A DNA stretch of 56,332 nucleotides from an uncultured Candidatus Saccharibacteria bacterium. Its GTDB lineage: Bacteria; Patescibacteriota; Minisyncoccia; Phycocordibacterales; WO2-35-19. The notes beneath the pieces are model-generated. The model did not search any database and was not told the origin of the DNA. It worked only from the letters and a program-made list of their open reading frames with translations. The DNA is taken from assembly GCA_964440955.1 (NCBI GenBank), contig CAYTTP010000003.1, positions 1 through 56,332 on the forward strand, in the 5' to 3' direction. Positions 17,850 to 27,135 of the stretch are shown one piece after another; position 1 is the first letter of the stretch; each line of letters opens with the position of its first letter. The translations under genes and the position numbers were made by a program.

Positions 17850-18003
17850 AGTGATTTGTGTTCATATAATACATCAAATTGATTATTTTTAAAGTGTTTT
17901 ATGTATAAATAAAAATCAAGATACAAACTTTCACGGCCGTGAAAAGTTGTATCAAAAGCATATTTCTTTGATATGAGAAGTATGTTATAAATATTCTGAT
18001 CGC

Positions 18004-18076
18004 CCGCCCGTAGCTCAGTTGGTAGAGCAGCTCCCTCTTAAGGAGATGGTCGTAGGTTCGACTCCTACCGGGCGGA
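18004..18076 (+). tRNA. tRNA-Lys(CUU), no CCA encoded
   Basis: Acceptor CCGCCCG/CGGGCGG, D arm GCTC-AGTTGGTA-GAGC, anticodon loop CTCTTAA, T arm GTAGG-TTCGACT-CCTAC, A73. The C1:G72 pair is unusual. Confidence 0.85.
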
Positions 18077-18239
18077 CAATATTGTTTCGCAATATTGTTC
18101 GACCGAGCACGCAAACTGCTTTGCGTGCGTGTAGGAAGTCGAAAGCCGGAGCCATGTTGAGCGAAGCGAAACAGGCGAGGCGGGGTCGCAAGATTTTGCT
18201 AAGCAAAATACTTGTGACCGACTCCTACCGGGCGGACAA
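18059..18239 (+). repeat. tRNA-3'-end-associated structured element, type A (tRNA-Lys copy 1), with 21-nt direct repeats
   Basis: CGACTCCTACCGGGCGGACAA lies at 18059-18079 and 18219-18239. The element carries TGTTCGACCG (antisense to the acceptor 3' strand), a CUGC-apex hairpin, GTAGGAAGTCG (antisense to CGACTCCTAC), a GAGCGAAGCGAA loop, and GGGGTCGCAAG-hairpin-ACTTGTGACC. Confidence 0.78.
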
Positions 18240-18372
18240 GCGTGAAGAAAATCTAAACTGCTTTAGATTTTTAGCTTGTCCGAGACGGAGCCATGTTTTT
18301 GTAGCAACAAAAACAGGCGAGTCAGGATCGTGGAAATTTTTGAGCGACGGCGATAAAATTATCCATGATGAC
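18240..18372 (+). repeat. tRNA-3'-end-associated structured element, type A, second tandem copy (divergent 3' module)
   Basis: It starts with AGCGTGAAGAAAATCTAAACTGCTTTAGATTTTTAGCTTGT, identical to the tRNA-Ala copy. The 3' module GTCAGGATCGTGGA-hairpin-TCCATGATGAC is analogous but diverged. GACAATATTG recurs at 18075 and 18370. Confidence 0.65.
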
Positions 18373-18449
18373 AATATTGCGAAGTGGTGATGATTTACGA
18401 AACTTAATATAAAACGAAGGGCACTCGATGTTCGGGTGCCCTTAGGAAT

Positions 18450-19046
18450 TCATCTGGTCTTGTTCAGCACGTCTTTTATGTCGAAGACGGGGAGCCTATG
18501 CTTTATTCGAAGCCATCTTCTCTGCGTGATCCAACTACCGTCGATCATCACGAATGACTCGTATTTCAATGAGAAGTTGGCTAGCACAAACCCGTCCGAG
18601 TCTTCGATGCCGAGCGCCTCAATAACTGCTCGGGCAATCACGATCGCTTGATCGCAAAACTCTTCGCTGTCAGTGAGATTGAAGGTCAGCGTGAATTTCC
18701 CATCGATCCACGACTTATCCTTTGGTGGGTCGACACGGACTCCGTATTGACGGGCAGCATTGGGGCCATCCGTCAATTTTTTAAAAGCAGATTTGAGACG
18801 TTCGACGATCGCTTCTGTCGCTGTGTCGACGTTGTGGCTCTGCTTTATGTGAAGGACCATCACTCCACGTCTTTGATCTTCTTGGTCAGAGTATGCAGAG
18901 AATGCCGACATCCCGTGCACATCATGTCGTCGATGCTGTGAAAGGCACTTCGACACTTTTCTATCGAAGTCCCCATTCTCGGTAATAGATGTGCGAAGAC
19001 CTATACTGCAATCCCACGTAATAGTAGTCTTATTCCATGTATTCAC
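18450..19046 (-). CDS. hypothetical protein (no recognisable motif)
   Basis: 198-aa ORF in a visibly GC-richer segment. The hairpin AAGGGCAC...GTGCCCTT lies just downstream of its stop. Confidence 0.45.
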   Translation of the reverse strand: MNTWNKTTITWDCSIGLRTSITENGDFDRKVSKCLSQHRRHDVHGMSAFSAYSDQEDQRRGVMVLHIKQSHNVDTATEAIVERLKSAFKKLTDGPNAARQYGVRVDPPKDKSWIDGKFTLTFNLTDSEEFCDQAIVIARAVIEALGIEDSDGFVLANFSLKYESFVMIDGSWITQRRWLRIKHRLPVFDIKDVLNKTR

Positions 19047-19185
19047 GTCCTCTCCTTGTTGTTCATTAAACCTAAGTTTCTAGGGGCTGTATTATCCCCC
19101 AGACATTCAGAGTAATCTGTTTTTAATACTAATGATAAATTTTTAGAAAGCAAATACTTTGAAGCTCCTTTACTAAGGAGTAAAG

Positions 19186-19273
19186 TGGTGCTCGGGGTGA
19201 GACTCGAACTCACACGTCCTGTAACGGACAAGGGATTTTAAGTCCCTCGTGTCTACCATTCCACCACCCGAGC
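19186..19273 (-). tRNA. tRNA-Leu(UAA), class II, CCA encoded
   Basis: Reverse complement: GCTCGGG...anticodon arm GGGAC-TTAAAAT... (loop CTTAAAA), long variable arm, T arm GTGAG-TTCGAGT-CTCAC, then CCCGAGC-A-CCA. Confidence 0.88.
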
Positions 19274-19359
19274 TTTATAAAAAATTTCTATCCGCCTTCG
19301 CTAAAGCTACGGCGGGACGCTGAAATTTTATAGTCACTTCCTTTCTTAAAATTTCGCGG

Positions 19360-19432
19360 AGGCCTGGGAGGGATTCGCACCCTCGTATAGCGGTTTTGCA
19401 GACCGCCGTGTTAGCTTCTTCACCACCAGGCC
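19360..19432 (-). tRNA. tRNA-Cys(GCA), no CCA encoded
   Basis: Reverse complement: acceptor GGCCTGG/CCAGGCC with U73 (Cys identity), anticodon arm GCGGT-CTGCAAA-ACCGC, T arm GAGGG-TGCGAAT-CCCTC. Confidence 0.82.
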
Positions 19433-19509
19433 ATTTATCACTTGCTTGTCCCGCCGAAGCCATTTTGTGTTGGTGGCGAAGGGGGAGCGACTAGGTCACT
19501 TTCGTGATT

Positions 19510-19845
19510 TTAGCCTTTTTGGAGCAATTCATCAATTCTTTGCCTGTTGTGTTCGCCGTGATCAACTTCAAAATTGATATGTGGTACGAAACCAAGTGAG
19601 CTGTTCTCCATTACAAACTTTCTAAAATCACGATTTTTGCGCTTAGCAAAAAGCAAAACATTGGGCTCTTCACTTTCTGGTAGAGCGGTGAAGTATACGA
19701 GCGCGTGTTTACCTTTGTCGTATACTTCTGTCCGGGTCACGGTCATGAGAGAGTTTCTGTTTGACTCTACAGCAAAATATCGGGCGGCTAGCTCGGTAAG
19801 TAGAGAAGCAAGTTTTTCATCCTTGTGTTGCTTTTCGTTTTTCAT
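19510..19845 (-). CDS. rbfA: ribosome-binding factor A
   Basis: 111-aa ORF immediately downstream of infB (conserved infB-rbfA order). The pattern LTELAARYF...LMTVTRTEV...ALVYF is RbfA-like. Confidence 0.65.
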   Translation of the reverse strand: MKNEKQHKDEKLASLLTELAARYFAVESNRNSLMTVTRTEVYDKGKHALVYFTALPESEEPNVLLFAKRKNRDFRKFVMENSSLGFVPHINFEVDHGEHNRQRIDELLQKG

Positions 19846-21324
19846 TTAGGCTTTGACCATTCTTACTGCTTCGATTCGGTCACCGGGGACGAGCTCTATT
19901 TTTGATTCGATCATGAGCCCACACTCGTCACCCTCTTTGGCTCGTCCGGATTTTATTTTTTGGACTTGAAGTTCGCGGATCATGCCATGGCCTATCACGG
20001 CATCGCGGCGAAGTATTTTGAGCTCCTCGCCTTGACCGATTTCACCCGACTCGACCCTCGCTCCAACCACTTGCTTGTCCTTATTTTTGCTAAAAACCTT
20101 GAGGATCTTGCCTGAACCAGTGATACTCTCAATCATCTCAATTGGAGTCGCTTCCTTCATTTTTTCATGGACGTATTCTACAAGCTCGTAGATTATCTTG
20201 AATATTTTGACCTCAACTTTGTCGCGCAAAGCCAGAGTTTCGGCGTTTTTGTCGACAATGACACTAAAGCCAATGACCGGACTCTTTTTTATATTGGCAG
20301 TTTTGATGTCGCTTTCGCTTATAGCTCCTACTCCGCGGCTCACTATTTTGGCAAATATTTTTTCATTACCAAGCTTTTTAAATTCATGTTCGATCGCGTC
20401 TAGCGAACCAAAGGTGTCAGCCTTTATGACAATAGGGAAAGCGATGCCGTTTTCGTTTGTATCGATTGTTTTTGATTCATTTATTTTGTCGTTTATTTGG
20501 GAATATTCGAGGGCTTCATCTTTGGTTTTGAAAGCTTGAAACTGGCCGCCCACCTTTGGTGTCCCACTCCAACCGACGATTTTGACAGGGCTTGAAAATG
20601 TAGCTGATTCGATCGCTACACCTGCGCTATTTTCGATATTTCTCACTGACACATAAGCTCCGGGGGCACCCAAAAATAATCCAGATCGGATACTACCGTC
20701 TTTAATGACCAAGGTTGCGCGCACTCCCTGCTTTGGGTTCAAGTCGCATTCAACAACAAAACCACTACCTAAAGTGTCACTTTCACCTACAAGTTCTTCA
20801 AGGTCGGCCTGCAGAGTGATGAGTTCCAAAAGTTCGCTTACACCTTCACCGGTCTTGCTTGATATTGGGGCGCAAGGCACTGTCCCGCCCCAACCTTCAA
20901 CAAAGACCTCTCTTTCTGCAAGATCTTGCTTTACTTTGTCGATATTGGCTCCGGGTTTGTCTATTTTACTTATTGCCACAATGAAAGGGAGAGAATTTTT
21001 TTTGATATAGTTTAATGCTTCGACGGTCTGTGGTTTGACACCGTCTTCAGCGGAAACAATGAGGATGGCGATGTCGGCTACTCTAGAACCGCGTTCGCGA
21101 ATAGCATAAAAAGCTTCATGGCCCGGTGTATCCAAAAAAGTGATCGTCTTTTTTTCTCCTGCTATTTCAGTAGTGGCTTCATAAGCGGAGACGTGTTGGG
21201 TTATCCCACCACTTTCTTTGTCGGTAGTATTTTCTTTTCGTATATAGTCGAGCAGAGTTGATTTGCCATGGTCAATATGGCCCATCACCACGACGACTGG
21301 CGGTCGGGCTGTTTTTTTATTCAT
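19846..21324 (-). CDS. infB: translation initiation factor IF-2 (short form lacking the long N-terminal region)
   Basis: 492 aa. G1 GHIDHGKSTLLD, G3 DTPGHEAF, G4 SKID, and C-terminal beta-barrel domains. Confidence 0.95.
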   Translation of the reverse strand: MNKKTARPPVVVVMGHIDHGKSTLLDYIRKENTTDKESGGITQHVSAYEATTEIAGEKKTITFLDTPGHEAFYAIRERGSRVADIAILIVSAEDGVKPQTVEALNYIKKNSLPFIVAISKIDKPGANIDKVKQDLAEREVFVEGWGGTVPCAPISSKTGEGVSELLELITLQADLEELVGESDTLGSGFVVECDLNPKQGVRATLVIKDGSIRSGLFLGAPGAYVSVRNIENSAGVAIESATFSSPVKIVGWSGTPKVGGQFQAFKTKDEALEYSQINDKINESKTIDTNENGIAFPIVIKADTFGSLDAIEHEFKKLGNEKIFAKIVSRGVGAISESDIKTANIKKSPVIGFSVIVDKNAETLALRDKVEVKIFKIIYELVEYVHEKMKEATPIEMIESITGSGKILKVFSKNKDKQVVGARVESGEIGQGEELKILRRDAVIGHGMIRELQVQKIKSGRAKEGDECGLMIESKIELVPGDRIEAVRMVKA

Positions 21325-21862
21325 TTATTTTTTGTCTGTCTTGAGCTTCTTGTCCTTCAAATCCTTCATGACTACTTTGAGGTTTTCGAACGGATCGGAG
21401 AGCTTTTTCTATTGTTTGCTCCTCTTCTTCACCGAGCTCGTACTCGCTTTTCCATGAAGTGAGTGGTTTAGCGAATACGTTTGTTCTCTCGCGTGTGTGC
21501 ATGCTTGTTATCACGACACCATCGCCTTTTTCGTCCGCAAATACCGATACAAAACTCTGGTTGCCACCCACCCCCTCACCCTGGAATGGATTGTAGCGAA
21601 GCGTTTTTGCGCTCATTAGTTTTTGCTGTATTCTCCGGTCGAGATCTTTCATGTAATCTATTGCTTCGTCCCTAAACTTGAGCAGGTCATGAACAGTTGC
21701 ACCATGTCTTTGAAGCAGTGACTCTACGTCTGGCATTTTTGCCGAAGCGAAAATTTTGCTGACTCTTCGATGCATCCAAATCGCTAAAGCTAGGGCGACT
21801 AGGGAAGTCGTTAGGCAAAGAGCAATGGCGATATGTATGCCGTATACATATATGAAAGACAT
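21317..21862 (-). CDS. DUF4446-like membrane-anchored protein
   Basis: N-terminal TM helix, then LRYNPFQGEGVGGNQSFVSVFADEKGDGVVITSMHTRERTNVFAKP, which is typical of DUF4446. Confidence 0.6.
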   Translation of the reverse strand: MSFIYVYGIHIAIALCLTTSLVALALAIWMHRRVSKIFASAKMPDVESLLQRHGATVHDLLKFRDEAIDYMKDLDRRIQQKLMSAKTLRYNPFQGEGVGGNQSFVSVFADEKGDGVVITSMHTRERTNVFAKPLTSWKSEYELGEEEEQTIEKALRSVRKPQSSHEGFEGQEAQDRQKINE

Positions 21863-21928
21863 GCGCGAAATTGTACACTATTTTTATATAAAAAGGAATA
21901 TTTTGGCTGTTATGATAGTATTTGTCTC

Positions 21929-23134
21929 ATGAATTGGTTTAAAAAGAATAAAAGGATATTTCTTGACCATGCTTCGACGACCCCAGTTGAACCAGCGGTT
22001 TTGAAACAAATGAGTACTATCCAAAAAGATTTTTGGGCAAACCCATCCTCTATACATGACGATGGTTTGAAGGCAAAAGAGCTTCTTCGTGAGGCAAGGT
22101 CTAGTATTGCACTTTCATTGGGGGTGCAGGCGTCAGAAGTGTACTTTACTTCGGGTGGGACCGAGGCTTTGAACATAGCTATTTTGGGTACGGCTTTGGC
22201 TTATAGGAGAGTTTATGATAAAGAGCCACACATCATCACTTCAACTATCGAGCATCCGGCTGTCCTCGAACCGATAAAGCATTTGGCACGAAATGGTCTT
22301 GCTAAGATTTCCTACATTCAACCAAATGAGGAGGGGATAGTTTCCCCCGAATCTATCAAAAAAGAACTTTGCGACGAAACGGCACTTGTCGTTATTCAAC
22401 ACGCGAACAATGAGATAGGGGTCATTCAGCCAGTCCAAACTATTGGGCGAATGATCGAACAATTTAGAGGAGAAAAAAAGGGACACCATTCAAAATTTTC
22501 CCACCAGCCTCATCCATATTTTTTGGTCGATGCAAGTCAGAGTATTTTGTATGAAAATGTTTCGCCAAACCGTTTGCATGCCGACATCATAGTTTTTGAT
22601 GGTATAAAAATGTATGGTCCGCGTGGAGTGGGAGCTATGGTCGCAAGACGTTTTTCCCTTATTGACCCCATCATCTTTGGTGGTGGTCAAGAGGAAGGGC
22701 TTCGCCCTGGTACCGAAAATGTGGCTTCGGCTTGCGGGCTTGCCGAAGCTCTGAAAATCGCTGATAAAATAAGAAAGTCCGAATCAGAAAGGTTGGCAAA
22801 AATCCGAGACTATTTTTTTGGTCGTATAGAAAAAGAATTTCCAAAAATTTCTATAAACGGCTCAAAGGAGTTTCGTTTGCCAAACAATATAAATATTTGC
22901 ATCAAGGATGAGAAGGTTGACTCTGAGTTTTTGGTTATCAAGCTCGACACTTTGGGTTTTTCTGCTTCTTCTGCTTCCGCCTGCCACACTCTTTCTTTGG
23001 AAAATTCTTCGTATGTTGTTTCGGCGCTCGGTGACCTTGATTGTGCTTCTCGCTCGCTCCGCTTCACTCTTGGTCGCGATACCAAAAGGCAGGACATAGA
23101 CAGGTTGATCGATGCTCTCAAAAAGATCTTATAA
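21929..23134 (+). CDS. cysteine desulfurase (class V aminotransferase, NifS/IscS-like)
   Basis: IFLDHASTTPV start, FTSGGTEALN, HANNEIG, the FDGIKMYGPRG lysine region, and the active-site loop SASSASACH. Start chosen at the internal ATG 21929. Confidence 0.85.
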   Translation: MNWFKKNKRIFLDHASTTPVEPAVLKQMSTIQKDFWANPSSIHDDGLKAKELLREARSSIALSLGVQASEVYFTSGGTEALNIAILGTALAYRRVYDKEPHIITSTIEHPAVLEPIKHLARNGLAKISYIQPNEEGIVSPESIKKELCDETALVVIQHANNEIGVIQPVQTIGRMIEQFRGEKKGHHSKFSHQPHPYFLVDASQSILYENVSPNRLHADIIVFDGIKMYGPRGVGAMVARRFSLIDPIIFGGGQEEGLRPGTENVASACGLAEALKIADKIRKSESERLAKIRDYFFGRIEKEFPKISINGSKEFRLPNNINICIKDEKVDSEFLVIKLDTLGFSASSASACHTLSLENSSYVVSALGDLDCASRSLRFTLGRDTKRQDIDRLIDALKKIL

Positions 23135-23242
23135 TTTTTATCCCCAAATTGTTTTTAAATTTTATTTTTGGTATCATTATTTTAAATGTTTTCGTTTTTT
23201 AAAGTTTTCAATATTTAATTTTCAATCTTCAATTTTAAAAAC

Positions 23243-24067
23243 ATGGAAGATCTAACCAAACATCAACTTATTCTCCTCACCATCTTGATAACCTTCGTGA
23301 CTTCGATCGCGACGGGTATTATTACCTTTACTCTTTTGTCCGAAGCTCCAGTCGAGGTGACTCAAACCATCAACCGAGTGGTAGAAAAGACGATTGAACA
23401 GGTGGTGCCAGTTGAAACAGGTAAGACCGAAACAAAAGTCACCACTGTTGTCGTGAGTGAGGAGGATAGGGTACTTGAGTCAATATCCAAAAATGAAAAA
23501 TCTATCGTCCGTCTCAAAACGCGCGGCAATGACGGTACTGAAGTTTTTTCGGGTCTTGGTATTGTGGTGAATACAAGTGGTGTAGTCGTATCTGACTTAA
23601 GAAGTTATAATCCAGGTTTCGCTTATACTATTATATTGAGCAACGGCAAAACTTACTCATCTCAAAAAGTTTTTGCCGATACTGAAAACGGTCTTGTCTT
23701 TATTACACCTAGTATTCAAAAAAATGACCCTGGTCCGCACTCGTTTTCACCGGCCTCGTTTGGCGACTCTTCGAAGCTCAATATTGGTCAAACCGTTATC
23801 GCTGTCTCTGGTCGCGAGTCAAATGCGGTATCAATCGGGCGTATCCGCCAGCTTATAAAGTCGGCCGATGGCAAAAAAATTCTCGATATATTCTCTGATA
23901 TTGCGCTCGGTCGTAGTACCCCAGGTAGCCCTATCCTCAATCTTTCGGGTGAAATAGTCGGTATGGAAAAGGTGGTCAGTGAAGGCGATGATACTTACTC
24001 TTACACCCCAATTCAGGACATCACAGCTACCTTCAAAAATGCCCTTGCCGAGCTCGCCAAAAACTAA
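23243..24067 (+). CDS. membrane-anchored trypsin-like serine protease (HtrA-like core, no PDZ)
   Basis: 274 aa with an N-terminal TM helix. SGLGIVVNTSGVVVS and GRSTPGSPILNLSGEIVGM resemble the S1C protease core. Confidence 0.55.
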   Translation: MEDLTKHQLILLTILITFVTSIATGIITFTLLSEAPVEVTQTINRVVEKTIEQVVPVETGKTETKVTTVVVSEEDRVLESISKNEKSIVRLKTRGNDGTEVFSGLGIVVNTSGVVVSDLRSYNPGFAYTIILSNGKTYSSQKVFADTENGLVFITPSIQKNDPGPHSFSPASFGDSSKLNIGQTVIAVSGRESNAVSIGRIRQLIKSADGKKILDIFSDIALGRSTPGSPILNLSGEIVGMEKVVSEGDDTYSYTPIQDITATFKNALAELAKN

Positions 24068-24117
24068 GACCAAACTCAAGTGGCTTGACCTCTGATTTTA
24101 TGCTATAATGGCTATAA

Positions 24118-26832
24118 ATGACGCCATTTAACCATTTTACTACCAAAGCCAAAGAAGCCATAAAACGTGCTCACGAGCTCGTTATTGAACGAGGCCAAAA
24201 CCACGTCGGACCACTCCAGCTTTTGACTGCTCTCATCTTGCAGGAGGAAAGTATGGTTGCCTCTATTTTGGATCGCCTGGAGGTTGATACCATCCTTCTC
24301 ACCGATTCTCTTTTTGATGCGATGGAGGGCGCGATTGTTGGCAATACTTCTACTCCTTCATATCAAATTTATTTGACGCCAGAGCTTGCGCATATTATCG
24401 AGCATTCTTCTAAGGTGGCTTCTTCGATGAACGATGAATTTGTCTCGACCGAGCACCTCTTTATTGCTTGTCTAGAAGTGCCAAGTCAGGCGCGCGACAT
24501 TCTTTCCAAATTCAAAATCGAAAAAGACAAAGTGATGTTTTTGATCCAAGAAATAAAAGAAGGGAGAGTCAACGAACCAAAACAGCCGCAAAAAAACAAA
24601 ACTCTGGTCAAATATACTCGCTCGCTCACCAAGCTTGCCAAAGAAAACAAGCTTGACCCGGTGATTGGTCGCGATGAGGAAATTTCCCGAATCATTCAAA
24701 TACTTTCACGTAGGACAAAAAACAATCCAATCCTCATCGGTGAGGCTGGGGTAGGCAAAACTGCTATCGCTGAAGGTCTTGCTATGCGCATGGCAAACGG
24801 TAATGTGCCTGAATCATTGAAGGACAAAGAAATAGTTTCCCTAGATTTGGGGTTGCTTGTCGCGGGTACCAAGTTTCGTGGTGAGTTTGAAGAACGTCTA
24901 AAAAATATAATCAAAGACATTGAAAAGTCAGAGGGCAAGATTATTTTGTTTATCGATGAAATCCACACTATCGTTGGTGCCGGTAGTGCTGAAGGTTCGC
25001 TCGATGCCTCCAATATGCTGAAGCCTCCACTTGCAAGAGGTGAGCTAAGGGCGATTGGCGCGACCACTATCAAGGAATATCAAAAACATATCGAAAAGGA
25101 CCCGGCCCTTACTCGTCGCTTTCAACCGGTGTATGTTTCCGAACCTTCAGTTGATGATGCGATCACTATTTTGCGTGGACTCAAAGAAAAGTACGAGCTC
25201 TATCACGGTGTCCATATAACTGATGATGCTATCAAGTCGGCTGTCAATCTTTCTTCTCGATATATTGCTGACAGGTTTTTGCCGGACAAAGCAGTTGACC
25301 TCATCGACGAAGCTGCTTCTCACCTCAAAATATCGTTGGAAAATATGCCACCTATTTTGCAAGAAACTAATTCTAAAATAGTAAAGCTTGAAATTGAGCG
25401 CGAAGCTTTGAAAAAAGAAGCAGAAAACAAAAATAGCAAAGCCAAAGCCCGCCTCCAAGAAATTGAAAAAGAGGTAGCTGATCTTAAGGAAAAGACCGGA
25501 GAGATAGATTTGAAATGGAAAAACGAAAAGGAGACTGTTGGTGAAATAAAGCGAATCAAAAAAGAGCTTGAATCTGCTCGCCTTGAAGCTGAGGCTGCTG
25601 AAGCACGGGTGGATTTGGGTCGAGCCGCTGAAGTACGCTACGGTAAGATACCAAGCTTAGAAAAGGACCTCGATACCAACGTCAAAAAACTCAAAAAACT
25701 CCAAAGCTCTCGTCGTATTTTGAAAGAGGAAATAACTGAAAATGATATTGCCAATATTGTAGCCAAATGGACGGGCATCCCAGTTTCTAGAATGCTTGAA
25801 GAAGAGGCTGAAAAACTTTCTCGAATGGAAGAAAATTTGAAAAAGAGAATCGTCGGTCAAGATGAAGCCGTCCAAAAAATTTCTGACACGATCAAACGCT
25901 CTCGTGCTGGTATTTCTGATCCAAATCGTCCGATCGGCTCCTTCATCTTTTTGGGTCCAACCGGAGTGGGAAAGACAGAGCTTACCAAAGCACTTGCCGA
26001 ATTTATGTTCAACGACGAGAAGGCGCTCATCCGTGTTGATATGTCCGAATTTATGGAAAAACACTCGGTTTCCAAGCTTATTGGCGCACCTCCTGGCTAT
26101 GTTGGTTTTGACGAAGGGGGTGGTATCACAGAGATGGTGCGTCACCGGCCGTATTCGATAGTTTTGTTCGACGAAATCGAGAAGGCTCACCCTGAAGTGT
26201 TTAACGTGCTCCTTCAAGTGCTCGACAATGGCCGACTTACCGACTCAAAGGGTCGCACTGTCAACTTCAAAAACACGATCATTATTATGACTTCAAATAT
26301 TGGTGCTCAATATATCGATAAGATGGAAAGGATGGGCTTTGGTGAAAATAGGAGTGATGAAAAAAATTATAATGATGTTAAAGACAGGGTGCTTGAAGCA
26401 ACCAAAGACTATTTCCGTCCGGAGTTTTTGAACCGCATTGACGACATTATTGTCTTTGATGTTTTGCCGATTGAAGCGATTCGCGATATCGTCCGCATTC
26501 AAGTTGATTTGGTCAAGGAGCGATTGGCTCAAAAAGAAATTTCTCTCGAGCTTTCTTCTGAAGCTTATGAATATCTTGCGAAAGAAGGTTACAATCCACA
26601 GTATGGTGCTCGCCCACTCAAGCGTGTAATCCAAAATAAGATTTTAAACAAAGTTGCTTCTCTCATTATAAGCAAGGGGATCATGAAAGGTGGCACAGTT
26701 TCTATTTCTGTCAAAAAATCAACCAATGCTTCAGGACCTGATGAACTTGTCTTTGATATCAAAAAAGGCCGTCGGGGTTCAATCATCGAAGCCTCTCTTC
26801 TCGACGACACCCCAAAAGAAACCGTGGTGTAA
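24118..26832 (+). CDS. clpB: ATP-dependent chaperone ClpB
   Basis: 904 aa with a Clp N domain. NBD1 Walker A GEAGVGKT and Walker B ILFIDEIH, a long coiled-coil M domain, NBD2 GPTGVGKT and [10 protein letters not shown]. Confidence 0.96.
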   Translation: MTPFNHFTTKAKEAIKRAHELVIERGQNHVGPLQLLTALILQEESMVASILDRLEVDTILLTDSLFDAMEGAIVGNTSTPSYQIYLTPELAHIIEHSSKVASSMNDEFVSTEHLFIACLEVPSQARDILSKFKIEKDKVMFLIQEIKEGRVNEPKQPQKNKTLVKYTRSLTKLAKENKLDPVIGRDEEISRIIQILSRRTKNNPILIGEAGVGKTAIAEGLAMRMANGNVPESLKDKEIVSLDLGLLVAGTKFRGEFEERLKNIIKDIEKSEGKIILFIDEIHTIVGAGSAEGSLDASNMLKPPLARGELRAIGATTIKEYQKHIEKDPALTRRFQPVYVSEPSVDDAITILRGLKEKYELYHGVHITDDAIKSAVNLSSRYIADRFLPDKAVDLIDEAASHLKISLENMPPILQETNSKIVKLEIEREALKKEAENKNSKAKARLQEIEKEVADLKEKTGEIDLKWKNEKETVGEIKRIKKELESARLEAEAAEARVDLGRAAEVRYGKIPSLEKDLDTNVKKLKKLQSSRRILKEEITENDIANIVAKWTGIPVSRMLEEEAEKLSRMEENLKKRIVGQDEAVQKISDTIKRSRAGISDPNRPIGSFIFLGPTGVGKTELTKALAEFMFNDEKALIRVDMSEFMEKHSVSKLIGAPPGYVGFDEGGGITEMVRHRPYSIVLFDEIEKAHPEVFNVLLQVLDNGRLTDSKGRTVNFKNTIIIMTSNIGAQYIDKMERMGFGENRSDEKNYNDVKDRVLEATKDYFRPEFLNRIDDIIVFDVLPIEAIRDIVRIQVDLVKERLAQKEISLELSSEAYEYLAKEGYNPQYGARPLKRVIQNKILNKVASLIISKGIMKGGTVSISVKKSTNASGPDELVFDIKKGRRGSIIEASLLDDTPKETVV

Positions 26833-26841
26833 AAATGGAAA

Positions 26842-26864
26842 GGCGTTCACTAAAAGTGAACGTC
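26842..26864 (+). terminator. hairpin after the clpB stop (weak terminator; no T-run)
   Basis: GGCGTTCAC-TAAAA-GTGAACGTC. Confidence 0.4.
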
Positions 26865-26877
26865 GATATAAAGTACT

Positions 26878-26883
26878 TATAAT
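26878..26883 (+). promoter_or_regulatory. possible -10 box for the RT leader RNA
   Basis: A perfect TATAAT. The -35 region is weak (AGTGAA at 17-nt spacing). Confidence 0.35.
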
Positions 26884-26889
26884 TCCCTA

Positions 26890-27135
26890 GAACACCACTT
26901 ATGAGCACGTGAGAGAAAGATGAACGAACATTGGTGGTGTCCTAAGCCCGAAAGTGGCGAGGGTAAGGCCGCTTGAGATCCAAGTCGGACTACCAGCATA
27001 CCCCCAAGATCTTCTGGTTTACTCTAAAGAGAGTATTCCGCTCCATCGTGTGACGATGAAGGCTGTTTTTCGACGTCTCTCACAGGTCCAAGCCGGACTG
27101 TTTTGATTGTAGCATGTTTTTATATATAAGTTTAG
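26890..27135 (+). ncRNA. candidate structured noncoding leader RNA of the RT module
   Basis: About 250 nt with no credible ORF. Stems: ACACCAC/GTGGTGT (26892-26898/26934-26940), GTGAGAGA/TCTCTCAC (26909-26916/27076-27083), CATCGT-GTG-ACGATG (27044-27058). A 13-nt direct repeat lies at 26979 and 27087. Confidence 0.45.

Noticed and set aside
18015-18390. Track ORFs 18015-18206 (minus strand) and 18019-18390 (plus strand).
   Set aside because: They read through tRNA-Lys and the two structured elements, so they are spurious.
26922-26934. The 13-nt identity GAACGAACATTGG between the RT leader (26922) and the start of ORF 37284 (both would read MNEHW).
   Set aside because: By a rough estimate, tens of exact 13-mer matches are expected by chance in a 56-kb window counting both strands. 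There is no extended similarity on either side.
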